A stretch of DNA of 63,858 bases, counting the filler. It is 5 parts of 5 records of this genome, joined end to end, with 100 filler letters (N's around TTAATTAATTAA, not from the genome) between each part and the next. Parts side by side here need not be neighbours in the genome. Positions count along the whole stretch, not along the records: positions 40,794 to 51,294 come from DRR723986_8688; positions 51,395 to 58,726 come from DRR723986_8689; 3 more parts are not named here. The stretch is one strand, 5' to 3'. Below are positions 42,224 to 51,666 of the stretch, in pieces. Position numbers and translations under genes: made by a program. The notes under the pieces were generated by a model, which did not search any database, was not told the DNA's origin, and saw only the letters and a list, made by a program, of their open reading frames with translations. Positions within the stretch are counted from its first letter, which is position 1, and the number at the start of each line of letters is the position of its first letter.

Positions 42224-43150
42224 TCAGACAGAGGCGCGAATGAGCGAGACCAGTGCCTCGACTTCCGGATCGAATTCATCCTTGTTCGGGATCAAAAGCC
42301 CGTATCGGCTCATGTGCTCTTCCAGTCTGACCGGCAGAATGCGGATCAGGCCGTTTTCTTGATAGTAGTCGGCAACCGATTGCGGCAGAACGGCCAGCAT
42401 GTCGCTTTTTCCGACCGCCAGCGTCGTCATCAGCATCGAAGACGTTTCAAGGCCGTAATGCGGTGCGGGCAGATCCGCATGAGCAAAAGCAAGCTCGATC
42501 GACATGCGCATCGGGCTGGGCCTTGGCTGCAGGATCCAGCTGAAATCACCAAGGTCCACGAGACTGAGCTGCTTGCTTGGCACCAGAGGATGCGACGGCG
42601 CCGCAACGACAGCGAGCCTCTCCTGCCAGAGCGGTTCGAAGCGGATGCCGGTCATGTCGAGATGTTCCACCGGCCGCCCCAGCACGATATCCAGCGCACC
42701 TTCGTTGAGCGCGGAAATGAGATTGTCGGAAGTCGACACCATCAGGCTGATCTGCGGACCGACATTGGTTTCCATCAGGTTCATCAGAAGCTCGGATACC
42801 TGCCCCGGCAACGCTTCCATGATCGCGCCAAGCCGCACCTTGCCATATTCGCCGCGTTGCATCGCCGACAATTGCGCCTTCAACCGCCCGGTCTCGGAAA
42901 TGATCTGGCGGGCATGCCGGGCAACCACCACGCCATAGGCCGTTGGTTTCATGCCCCTGGAAAGACGCTCGAACAGCGTGACCCCGAGCGTGTCCTCCAC
43001 TTCCTTCAAAAGTTTTGTCGCCCCGGGCTGGGAAAGGTTCAGCTCACGCGCGGATTCGTGCAGATTTGTCGTGACTTCCAGGCTCGCCACAAGGGCAAGC
43101 TGTTTGAACCGCAGGCGAGACAGGATCGCCATGTCGAAGGTTCCATGCAT
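42224..43150 (-). CDS. LysR family regulator (GbpR-like)
   Basis: RLRFKQL...SARELNLSQPGATK..KEVE HTH. Start is 43150 or 43132. Confidence 0.88.
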   Translation of the reverse strand: MHGTFDMAILSRLRFKQLALVASLEVTTNLHESARELNLSQPGATKLLKEVEDTLGVTLFERLSRGMKPTAYGVVVARHARQIISETGRLKAQLSAMQRGEYGKVRLGAIMEALPGQVSELLMNLMETNVGPQISLMVSTSDNLISALNEGALDIVLGRPVEHLDMTGIRFEPLWQERLAVVAAPSHPLVPSKQLSLVDLGDFSWILQPRPSPMRMSIELAFAHADLPAPHYGLETSSMLMTTLAVGKSDMLAVLPQSVADYYQENGLIRILPVRLEEHMSRYGLLIPNKDEFDPEVEALVSLIRASV

Positions 43151-43288
43151 ATCGATCGATCCGCTCAGTCGTTGGCGTACCCGCTTGGCGGTCTCAATCG
43201 ATACCGGATTTTTTCCTTTCCAGACAGTCAAATACCCGGCCTCATGTCTCAAGGTGGATCAAACGGCGGCTGACCGCCGGAGTTCTCC

Positions 43289-44200
43289 TCACTGCCCCCA
43301 GCGCAAAACCAGGGGATCGAGCCGGCGCAGAAGCGTCAGTAGCCTCTCGCGCACCGGCTGCGGCAGCGGGTCGATCGGATGCCGGCAGAAATCGGATTTG
43401 ATGACACCGCCTTCGACCATCGCCGCCTTGCAGGAGCGCCAACCGCACAAGCGGTTCTCGTGATTGATGACGGGCAGAACCCGCGCATAGGCATCTGCTG
43501 CCTCGTCGGTTTGGCCCGCGTGATAGAGCTCGATGACAGGCTTGATCTGGTCGACGATCATTCCCGAGGTCATCGATCCGCGCGCGCCTGCGTCCAGATC
43601 CGCCAGCAACGTGATGCCTTCTTCGCCATCAAATGGGCCTTCGATGGCAGGGCCGCCTTCAGCAATGAGAGACCGCAACTTGTTGGCAGCCTGCGGGCAT
43701 TCGATCTTGAAGAGCTTCACCATCTCGATCTCGCGGGCCATCTTCACCAGAAGCGGCACCGGCAAGTCGACGCCGGACAGGGGCGCATCCTGGATCATGA
43801 TCGGAATGCCGACCTCGCCAACGGCGGCGAATTGATCAAACGTCTGCTGGGCGTTCCCTTTCAAAAGAGCACCGTGATAGGGCGGCATCATCATGACAAC
43901 GGCAGCGCCAAGCGACTTGGCAAGCTGCGCCCGCTCTACCGCAATCCGTGTCGCGAAATGGCTGATCGTGACGATGACAGGAACGCGGCCATCGATATGC
44001 TCGATGCAAAGCCGTGTCAGCAACTCGCGCTCTGCATCCGACAACAGGAACTGCTCGGAGAAATTCGCCAGGATGCAGATGCCATCCGCGCCCTGGTCGA
44101 TAAGGCAATCCAGCACGCGGCGCATGCCCGGTTCATCAAGCGAACCGTCTTCGCAAAAGGGTGTCGGGGCGACAGGCCAGATACCGGAATAAGGGGTCAT
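43289..44200 (-). CDS. DHDPS/NAL-family 2-keto-3-deoxy-L-arabinonate (L-lyxonate) dehydratase
   Basis: ILANFSEQF, MPPYHGA, FKIE, DGEE.ITLLADL and INHENR motifs match my recollection of Azospirillum L-KDA dehydratase (AraD). Confidence 0.8.
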   Translation of the reverse strand: MTPYSGIWPVAPTPFCEDGSLDEPGMRRVLDCLIDQGADGICILANFSEQFLLSDAERELLTRLCIEHIDGRVPVIVTISHFATRIAVERAQLAKSLGAAVVMMMPPYHGALLKGNAQQTFDQFAAVGEVGIPIMIQDAPLSGVDLPVPLLVKMAREIEMVKLFKIECPQAANKLRSLIAEGGPAIEGPFDGEEGITLLADLDAGARGSMTSGMIVDQIKPVIELYHAGQTDEAADAYARVLPVINHENRLCGWRSCKAAMVEGGVIKSDFCRHPIDPLPQPVRERLLTLLRRLDPLVLRWGQ

Positions 44201-44281
44201 GGGGCTACGTGCTTTTGTCTTTGAGGATAATGGATGAGCTTCCTGCCCCGGCTTGCGGATCGGAGCAGGAAACCCGAAAGG

Positions 44282-45454
44282 TCACTCGGCAATGTCGAAG
44301 TGCTGGAGATGCTTGTCCGAGATCGTGATGCCGAGTCCGGGCAGATCGTCGTCAAGCTGCAGATAGCCGTCCACGGCTTCCGGGTCGCCTTCGAAGATGT
44401 AATAGAAGAGCTCGTTGCCGACCTCGACGTCGAACACCGGAAAATACTCGCTGACCGGGCAATTCGTGTTGGCCATGGTCAGATGGTAGTTGTGCATCTG
44501 GCCCGCATGGGGAATGACCGGGATCTGGGCAGCTTCGGCAATGGCGTTGATCTTCTGCGCCGCCGTGATGCCGCCAACCCGATTGGTATCATACTGCAGG
44601 ATGCTGACGGCCTTGCGGTTGATGAGCTCGGCACAGCCGATCACCGAAAACTCGTGCTCGCCGCCTGAAATCGGCACGATGTTCATAGCATTGAGTTCGG
44701 CATACCCGGCAACGTCATCGGCAATCACGGGCTCCTCGAGCCAGCGTGGCTCGTAGGGGGCGAGTTTCGGCAACATGCGCTTGGCATAGTCAAGGTTCCA
44801 GCCCATGTAGCATTCCAGCATGAGGTCATTGTCGTAGCCGATGACCTCGCGAACCGCCTCGACCCGCTTCAGGTTTTCCCGCATGCCCGGCATGCCGTCC
44901 TTGGGGCCAAAGCCAAAGCGGGACTTGAAGGCCTTGTAGCCGCCCTTCATTGCCTCCTCGGCTTCCTTCTGCATTGCCTCGATCGACCCAGCGTAGAGCT
45001 TGGAATAATAAACCGGGATCTTTTCCTTGGTGCGGCCGCCCAGAAGCTTGAAAACCGGCTTGCCGACCAGCTTGCCCATCAGGTCCCAGATCGCGATATC
45101 GATGGCCGAGATAGCCGTCATGCCGATCCCCTTGCGCCCCCAGGCGTGGCTGCGCCGGTACATCTTTTCCCAGATGTAGGCATAGTCGAACGGGTCTTCG
45201 CCGATCACCAGTGGTGCGTACCAGTCGTCGATGGCTTTCTTGACGACCGAGGGAGCCAAGGCGGCGTTACCGATGCCGATGGTGCCGTCTTCTGTCTCGA
45301 CTTCACATGTCAGCCACTGGTGAAAGCGGAAGGAGGACATTGCATCGCCCTTCATCCACAGGGCATAGGAAGCGTTGGTGCAGAAGTTGCCCTGCGGCGG
45401 GACCGTCGGACCTTTCCAGGTCCAGACGCGCGTGCGTACGGATTTGATTTTCAT
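44282..45454 (-). CDS. Enolase-superfamily acid-sugar dehydratase, L-lyxonate dehydratase type
   Basis: [29 protein letters not shown]..., ECYMGW, WLEEP and GEHE motifs. Closely resembles Labrenzia LyxD (from memory). Confidence 0.8.
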   Translation of the reverse strand: MKIKSVRTRVWTWKGPTVPPQGNFCTNASYALWMKGDAMSSFRFHQWLTCEVETEDGTIGIGNAALAPSVVKKAIDDWYAPLVIGEDPFDYAYIWEKMYRRSHAWGRKGIGMTAISAIDIAIWDLMGKLVGKPVFKLLGGRTKEKIPVYYSKLYAGSIEAMQKEAEEAMKGGYKAFKSRFGFGPKDGMPGMRENLKRVEAVREVIGYDNDLMLECYMGWNLDYAKRMLPKLAPYEPRWLEEPVIADDVAGYAELNAMNIVPISGGEHEFSVIGCAELINRKAVSILQYDTNRVGGITAAQKINAIAEAAQIPVIPHAGQMHNYHLTMANTNCPVSEYFPVFDVEVGNELFYYIFEGDPEAVDGYLQLDDDLPGLGITISDKHLQHFDIAE

Positions 45455-45467
45455 ATGGTTGATCCAC

Positions 45468-46490
45468 TCAATTGGAAATTCGGGAAGTCCGGCGCCGCGT
45501 TCCCATGGCGCAGGCAATGTTCCAGGCGTTGCGCATCGGGCCGACATTGGCCGTTCCCTTGCCGCGAATGTCGAAGGCGGTTCCGTGTGCCGGTGTGGTG
45601 ATCGGGATCGGCAGACCACCCTGCACCGTCACCCCCTGCCAGAAGCCCAGCAGCTTGATCGCGATCTGCCCCTGATCGTGATAGAGCGTCACGATGGCGT
45701 CGAGTTCCTTGGCGACAGCTTTCAGGAAAATGGTGTCGGAGGGATAAGGCCCTTCCACAGGCAGGCCCAGCGCCTTGGCCCGTTCGACTGCGGGCGTGAT
45801 GATCTCGATTTCTTCCGTCCCGAAATTGCCGTTGTCGCCATTATGCGGATTGAGGCCACAGACACCGATCCGCGGGCTCTCGAACCCGGCATCCTTCAAG
45901 GCCGAATGGATCAGCCGCGCAGCCTCGATAATCTTGTCTTCGGTGATGAGGTCAGCCACATCGCGCAGAGCGATGTGGCTCGTTACCCGGCTGGTCCATA
46001 GACCGTCCATCACGTTGAGTTCCGAGACACTGCCATTGTGGCCCAGCCGGTCGGCAAACCAGTGCAGCTCGTCCGACTGGCTCATGCCGGCCGAATGAAG
46101 TGATGCCTTGTTGAGCGGGGCAAAGACCAGCGCATCCGCCTTGCCTGCCCGAACCATGTCGACCCCCATGCCAAGCGTTTCCAGGCAATGTGCGCCACCT
46201 TCCGCGCTCACCTCGGCACGTTTCCAGCCACCTTCCGGAGCCTTGCCAACCTGCAGGAATGCCGGAACCCCGGACCCTTGCTCGGGCAGCACAGCCGATG
46301 AGACGACCTGATAGTCGAAACGGACACCGGCGATCTCCATGCCGGTTTTCAGCTCTCCCTCGTCTCCAAGGATCAGGATATCCGACGCCTGGCGGGCTTC
46401 CTCTTCGCCGAGAAGCCGGGCGACCAGTTCAGAGCCGATACCCGCCGGGTCGCCAAGGGTCAGAACCAAACGCGGTTTGGGCGTCGTCAT
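45468..46490 (-). CDS. PdxA-family (PdxA2-like) dehydrogenase
   Basis: [25 protein letters not shown] and [10 protein letters not shown] motifs. True start MTTPKP at 46490. Confidence 0.9.
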   Translation of the reverse strand: MTTPKPRLVLTLGDPAGIGSELVARLLGEEEARQASDILILGDEGELKTGMEIAGVRFDYQVVSSAVLPEQGSGVPAFLQVGKAPEGGWKRAEVSAEGGAHCLETLGMGVDMVRAGKADALVFAPLNKASLHSAGMSQSDELHWFADRLGHNGSVSELNVMDGLWTSRVTSHIALRDVADLITEDKIIEAARLIHSALKDAGFESPRIGVCGLNPHNGDNGNFGTEEIEIITPAVERAKALGLPVEGPYPSDTIFLKAVAKELDAIVTLYHDQGQIAIKLLGFWQGVTVQGGLPIPITTPAHGTAFDIRGKGTANVGPMRNAWNIACAMGTRRRTSRISN

Positions 46491-47767
46491 TGAATAAACT
46501 CCGTCAAAGCAAGGGAAACCTGGGGAACGTAGGTCACCAGAAGCAGGATCAGGGCGAGCACGCCGATGAACGGCAGGTTGGCACGGGACGTTTCCCAGAT
46601 GCCCGCCTTGGCAATCGAGCAGGACGTGATCAGCACCGAGGCGACCGGCGGTGTCTGCTGACCGATGGCAAGGTTGAGTGTTACCATGATGCCGAAATGG
46701 ATCGGGTCGATGCCAACCGCATTCACCAGCGGCATGACCACCGGTACGACCAGGATGATTGCTGCCGCCCCGTGCAGGAACATGCCGAGCACCAGCAAGA
46801 GCAGGTTGAGCAAGGCCAGCACGATGAAGGGATTGGTGGTCAGTTCGGTGATCTGCGCGGCCAGTTGCTGCGGCACCTGGGCCTGCGTCAGGAACAGCCC
46901 GAGCGCAGCGGATGTTGCCACCAGCAGCATGACCACACCGGTCTGGCTGATACCTTCCAGCATGGTCTTGCGCAGGCGCCGGACATCGAGATCCCGGTAG
47001 ATGAACAGGCCGATCACCAGGGCCGCCAGTACCGCCAGCCCGGCGCCTTCCGTTGCCGTCACGATACCGGAGAATATGCCGCCCAGGATGATCACCGGCA
47101 TGGTGAGTGCCCAGAAAGCTTCCCGGAAGGTTCTGGCAACGTGGCGAAGGTCGAAGCCTTCGGCGCGCGGCAGGTTGTAGCGAACCGCCAGAATGTAAGT
47201 GACGATCATCAGCAGTCCGCCGCCGAGAACGCCCGGAACGATACCGGCCACGAACAGCTTCAGCACCGAAGTTTCGGCAATTGCACCATAAAGGATCATG
47301 GGAATGGACGGCGGAATGATGATGGCAAGGGACGCCGAAGACGAGGTGATTGCCGCCGCAAGCGTCCGGGAATAGCCGCGTTTCTTCATTTCCGGGATCA
47401 GCACCGTACCGGTGGCGGCCACATCGGCCACGGCTGACCCGGAAATTTCGGCAAAGACCATCGAAACACCGATGTTGACCATGCCCAGCCCGCCCCGGAC
47501 AAAGCCGATGAGAGCAGTGACAAAGTTGATCAGCCTGACGGAAATGCCTGACGTGTTCATCAGGTTGCCGGCAAGGATGAACAGCGGAATGGCGATCAGC
47601 GGAAAGGAGGTCGAGCCCGAATAGAGCGCGATGGCCATGTCGTAGAGCCGGTCCGTACCCGAAGTCAGGACGAACCCGCCGAGAGCGACAATCCCGATTG
47701 CCACGGCAATCGGCACATTGATCAGGATCAGTCCGATCAGGACGATTGTTGTCAGAAGAAGGATCAT
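46487..47767 (-). CDS. dctM: TRAP transporter large permease
   Basis: AIPLFILAG, ISGSAVAD, IIPPSI and TPPV motifs. Confidence 0.92.
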   Translation of the reverse strand: MILLLTTIVLIGLILINVPIAVAIGIVALGGFVLTSGTDRLYDMAIALYSGSTSFPLIAIPLFILAGNLMNTSGISVRLINFVTALIGFVRGGLGMVNIGVSMVFAEISGSAVADVAATGTVLIPEMKKRGYSRTLAAAITSSSASLAIIIPPSIPMILYGAIAETSVLKLFVAGIVPGVLGGGLLMIVTYILAVRYNLPRAEGFDLRHVARTFREAFWALTMPVIILGGIFSGIVTATEGAGLAVLAALVIGLFIYRDLDVRRLRKTMLEGISQTGVVMLLVATSAALGLFLTQAQVPQQLAAQITELTTNPFIVLALLNLLLLVLGMFLHGAAAIILVVPVVMPLVNAVGIDPIHFGIMVTLNLAIGQQTPPVASVLITSCSIAKAGIWETSRANLPFIGVLALILLLVTYVPQVSLALTEFIQ

Positions 47768-48327
47768 CGCGTGCCCTCCCGTGCGTGCATGGCCTGGGCC
47801 TCTTCTTCAGCCTCGGCAATTGCGTGTTCGATTTCCGCGTGTTCCCGATCAACGCCGGCGGCAGCGTCGCGCAGCGTGCGTGGCAGCGTCAGCAGCGTTC
47901 CGATGATCATGAGACCTGAGGTGATGGGGATGACCGATTGCACGATGTCGAGCGTCATCCACGGAAGGCTGAGGAGTGAATCCCACTTGGCAACCGCCAG
48001 AACCGCATAGCCGTACCAGGCAACAATTGCGAAGAAGGCGATGACGAGCAGTTCCGAAAAGGCCGTCAGGGCCACCGCCAGCCCTCTCGGCATGGCAGTC
48101 ACCAGGCCGGAAAAGGACATGTGATGCCGCATGAAGACAGCGTAGGTCGCGCCGAAGTAGGTCAACCACGCCAGCATCACGCTGGCCAGTTCGTCGTACC
48201 AGGACGGCGAAGCCCCCAGATAGCGCATTGTCGTCGAGTAGATGACCGCTCCCGTCAAGGCGAGCAGAAGTGCGATGCAGACAGCCTCGATTGCGCGCAA
48301 CAAAAGGCGCTCGAACAAAGCAATCAT
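47764..48327 (-). CDS. dctQ: TRAP transporter small permease
   Basis: Four TM segments, RY...W.DELA motif, located between dctP and dctM. Confidence 0.9.
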   Translation of the reverse strand: MIALFERLLLRAIEAVCIALLLALTGAVIYSTTMRYLGASPSWYDELASVMLAWLTYFGATYAVFMRHHMSFSGLVTAMPRGLAVALTAFSELLVIAFFAIVAWYGYAVLAVAKWDSLLSLPWMTLDIVQSVIPITSGLMIIGTLLTLPRTLRDAAAGVDREHAEIEHAIAEAEEEAQAMHAREGTR

Positions 48328-48392
48328 GGCTCCTCCCAGAGAAATTGCCGGCCGGTTGACCCGGCCGGCTGTTTTGTCAGTGTCTTGTTTGA

Positions 48393-49376
48393 TCAGTCGG
48401 CAAGGCTCTGCGCCAGCCCCACCAGCTTGTCGCCACCCTCAACCTTTGCAGCAAAGGCTTCGTAGATCGGCGCAGACGCTGCGATGAAAGCGGACTTGTC
48501 GGCCTCGTTCACCTCGACCCCGGCGGCACGCACCTTGTCGACCAGCTCCCTGTCCGCGGTCTCGCCTTCATTGAGCGACCAGTCCTGCACCGAAGCTGCA
48601 ACTTCGGATACGGCCGTCTTGACGTTTTCCGGCAGCTTGCCCCAGGTTCCGGCACCCGTCGTCAGGTAGGTCGGCGAATAGACGTGACCTGTCAGGCTGA
48701 GATACTTCTGAACTTCCTGGAAATTGGCGCCGACAATGTTGGTGAGCGGATTTTCCTGCCCGTCCATGGTGCCGGTCTGCAAGGCCACGAACACTTCCGA
48801 AAATGCCATCGGAGTCGGGTTGGAGCCCCATTCCTTGAACATCGCGACGCGCCACTCGGAAGACGGTGTACGGATCTTCAGCCCGTCCAGGTCGGCCGGT
48901 GTGTTGATCGGGCGGGAGTTGTTCGTGATCTGGCGGAACCCGTTTTCCCAGGTCGAAATCACGTGAAGGCCTGCGGCTTCAGCCTTGGGCGCCAGTTCCG
49001 TCTTGACCAGATTGGCGTCGATGGCCTTCAGATGCTCGCGGTCCTTGACGAGGAACGGCATGTCGAACAGGGCGAATTCCGGCGCCACGTTGGTCATGAT
49101 GGACGAAATCAGGGTGAACTGCACGGTGCCGAGACGCAGCTTCTGCATCAGCTCCTTCTCGTCGCCCAGCTGTGCGTCGGCATAAAATTCGACCTTGTCG
49201 GCATCGCCGAGGCGCGCCTGCAGCTCCTCGGCGAACTTCTGCGCGCTGCGGCCCTGCAAGCTGTTGGAAGCTGCGCCAACGGCAACGATGTAGGTCTCGG
49301 CCTGCGCCGGCAGCGCACCGAAAGCAAAGACGGACGCGAGCAGGCCTGCACAAAGGCCCTTGTGTATCTTGTTCAT
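48393..49376 (-). CDS. dctP: TRAP substrate-binding protein
   Basis: Signal peptide, ENGFRQ, GLKIR and ALQTGTMDGQEN motifs. Start at MNKIHK. Confidence 0.92.
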   Translation of the reverse strand: MNKIHKGLCAGLLASVFAFGALPAQAETYIVAVGAASNSLQGRSAQKFAEELQARLGDADKVEFYADAQLGDEKELMQKLRLGTVQFTLISSIMTNVAPEFALFDMPFLVKDREHLKAIDANLVKTELAPKAEAAGLHVISTWENGFRQITNNSRPINTPADLDGLKIRTPSSEWRVAMFKEWGSNPTPMAFSEVFVALQTGTMDGQENPLTNIVGANFQEVQKYLSLTGHVYSPTYLTTGAGTWGKLPENVKTAVSEVAASVQDWSLNEGETADRELVDKVRAAGVEVNEADKSAFIAASAPIYEAFAAKVEGGDKLVGLAQSLAD

Positions 49377-49673
49377 TGATGTCTCCTCCACTTGACGGGA
49401 CCGACGACCGGCGACGGACGTCAACTCCCACCTAAGGGAACCTAGTGAAAGTCCGTTGCCAAGAATAATGGGAAGACAGGATCGACCGATAACCAAATGG
49501 AATTGATCACACCTGTTGCGAAAACCATGAGAGCAAGTACCAGCACCTGCTGCAAGCCCGATAACGGCGGTTTCCGCCCCTTGTCCCAAGCCGAAATGCA
49601 GCGTTCTGTAGCCTGATCAACCGAACTTTGGCACAGTCTGGCACTGCCAGAAATCAACCGGAAGGCCCATGGC

Positions 49674-50576
49674 GTGAAAGCCCAATATGTGGAACTGATC
49701 GACGCTGTCGCGACCCTTGGAAGCCTGGCGGCCGCCGCGAAGGTCCTTGGAAAATCTCAGCCAGCAATCACCAAGGCGTTGAAGAAGATCGAGGGCGACC
49801 TCGGCGTTGTTCTGTTTCACCGGGTGCCGAGCGGCATCGTGCCGACACTGGAAGGCCAGACCGTTATCGACCGTTGTCGCCGCATCCAAAGCGACCTGAA
49901 GAAGCTTTCGGAAGATGTCGCCCAGTCACGCGGGCAATATGTCGGCATGATTTCCGTGGTGGTCTCGCCGCTCGCCGCACTGAAGATCATTCCGCCGGTG
50001 CTGCGCCGGTTTCAGAACCGGTTTCCGGGCATCGAGCTGAACATCACCGGAGGCCACGCCCCGAAGGCCTTTCACGCGCTGAGGTCGGGCGAAGCGGATT
50101 TCGTCATCGGCCCGGCTCCTGACGGACAGCCCAAGGCAGGGCTTCATGTCGAACCGCTGCTGACGACATCAGTGACCTTCCTCGCGGGCCAGCAGTCCTA
50201 CCTGAAGGACCTGTCAAAACCGCAGGACCTGTTGAACGCACGATGGGCCGTTATCGGCCCGAGCAGCCGCCGCCCTCTTTTTCAGGACTTCTTCCGCCTG
50301 CACGGTCTGCAAGGGCCCGCCCCTGTCATCCGCTCCGATTCGATCCTCAGTATCCTGTCCGTTCTGGAACAGTCCGACATCGTCTGTTCGTTTCCATCGC
50401 TCATTGTGGACGAGGTCAGGGAACGGTGGTCCGTGACGGCGCTACCTGTCGACCTGAGCATGCTGACGGTGGATATTGCCCTTACCTGGACCAAGGAAAG
50501 GCTGCTGACGCCTGCGGCCCTCGCCTTTGCAGACATCGTTCGCGAAGAAGGCCGCAATTGCGCTCCCCAGACATGA
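49674..50576 (+). CDS. LysR family regulator, divergent from the TRAP operon
   Basis: GSLAAAAKVLGKSQPAITK..KKIE HTH. Confidence 0.9.
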   Translation: MKAQYVELIDAVATLGSLAAAAKVLGKSQPAITKALKKIEGDLGVVLFHRVPSGIVPTLEGQTVIDRCRRIQSDLKKLSEDVAQSRGQYVGMISVVVSPLAALKIIPPVLRRFQNRFPGIELNITGGHAPKAFHALRSGEADFVIGPAPDGQPKAGLHVEPLLTTSVTFLAGQQSYLKDLSKPQDLLNARWAVIGPSSRRPLFQDFFRLHGLQGPAPVIRSDSILSILSVLEQSDIVCSFPSLIVDEVRERWSVTALPVDLSMLTVDIALTWTKERLLTPAALAFADIVREEGRNCAPQT

Positions 50577-50692
50577 TTGGATATAACCTGAAGTTATATC
50601 CATGAGTTCGAGTTAATTGAGGGATATACCTCCGGAGTGCTAGTCTTCCCCCCAAGAAGGCCGCAGAAGCGGCACCTTGGGAGGACATCTGA

Positions 50693-51294
50693 GTGAATAT
50701 CCTGTTCGTCATGTACGACCAGCTGCGCTTCGACTATCTGAGCTGCGCGGGACACCCTTATCTGCACACACCGAATTTTGACCGGGTTGCCGCCAGGGGC
50801 GTGCGCTTTACCAATGCCTATGTGCAATCCCCCATATGTGGCGCCAGCCGGATGAGCTTCTACACCGGGCGCTATGCGTCCTCCCACGGGGCACAGTGGA
50901 ATGGCTACCCGCTCCGGGTCGGCGAACACACGCTGGGCGATCACCTGCGCAAGGCCGGCATGGACTGCTGGCTTATCGGCAAGACGCACATGAAGGTGGA
51001 TGCGGAAGGCATGACCCGGCTGGGGCTGTCCCCGGACAGCATCATCGGTGCCCGGCAGGCCGAGTGCGGATTTGATGTCTGGGTGCGGGACGACGGTCTC
51101 TGGGGCGAAGGGCCGGACGGCTTTTATGACGAAAAACGTTCGCCTTACAACGAATACCTCAAGTCCCGCGGCTATGCGGGAGAGAACCCCTGGGCGGATT
51201 TCGCCAACGCCGGCGTCGAAAACGGCGAGAAGGCGTCCGGCTGGATGTTCGACAATGCGGACAAGCCCGCCAATATCCGCGAGGAAGACAGCGA
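50693..51294 (+). CDS. Sulfatase/phosphonate monoester hydrolase family protein (truncated)
   Basis: NILF.M.DQLR, TPNFD, CGASR (formylglycine-type CxxxR) and GKTH motifs. Confidence 0.88.
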
Positions 51295-51394
51295 NNNNNN
51301 NNNNNNNNNNNNNNNNNNNNNNNNNNNNNNNNNNNNNNTTAATTAATTAANNNNNNNNNNNNNNNNNNNNNNNNNNNNNNNNNNNNNNNNNNNN
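51295..51394. other. Artificial contig linker
   Basis: N44-TTAATTAATTAA-N44. Confidence 0.99.
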
Positions 51395-51666
51395 GGTCGA
51401 GCCCTTAGGGCTGGATCCCGTTGTCTTGAAGACTGAATTCAAGAGAATTCCAGCTAACATCCACTCAAGATCTCCTCAATTCTTCGAGCTGTGAATCTTG
51501 CGGCCGGCAATCAGCCCCCACGCCCGGAATTCAGCTCCTTAAGCCCTTCAACCCGTAACTCGCAGCTTAACAGCTGTCGGCACGCCGCGGCGCAATCCGC
51601 CGATTTTGAAGTCTTATCAGGTAACAGTTAACAAGCTGAATACCCGCGTCAGACCAGGATAAAACC

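Noticed and set aside
45468-47852. 794-aa ORF suggesting a long N-terminal fusion to PdxA
   Set aside because: The first 454 codons are an off-frame read-through of dctM. The real pdxA starts at 46490.
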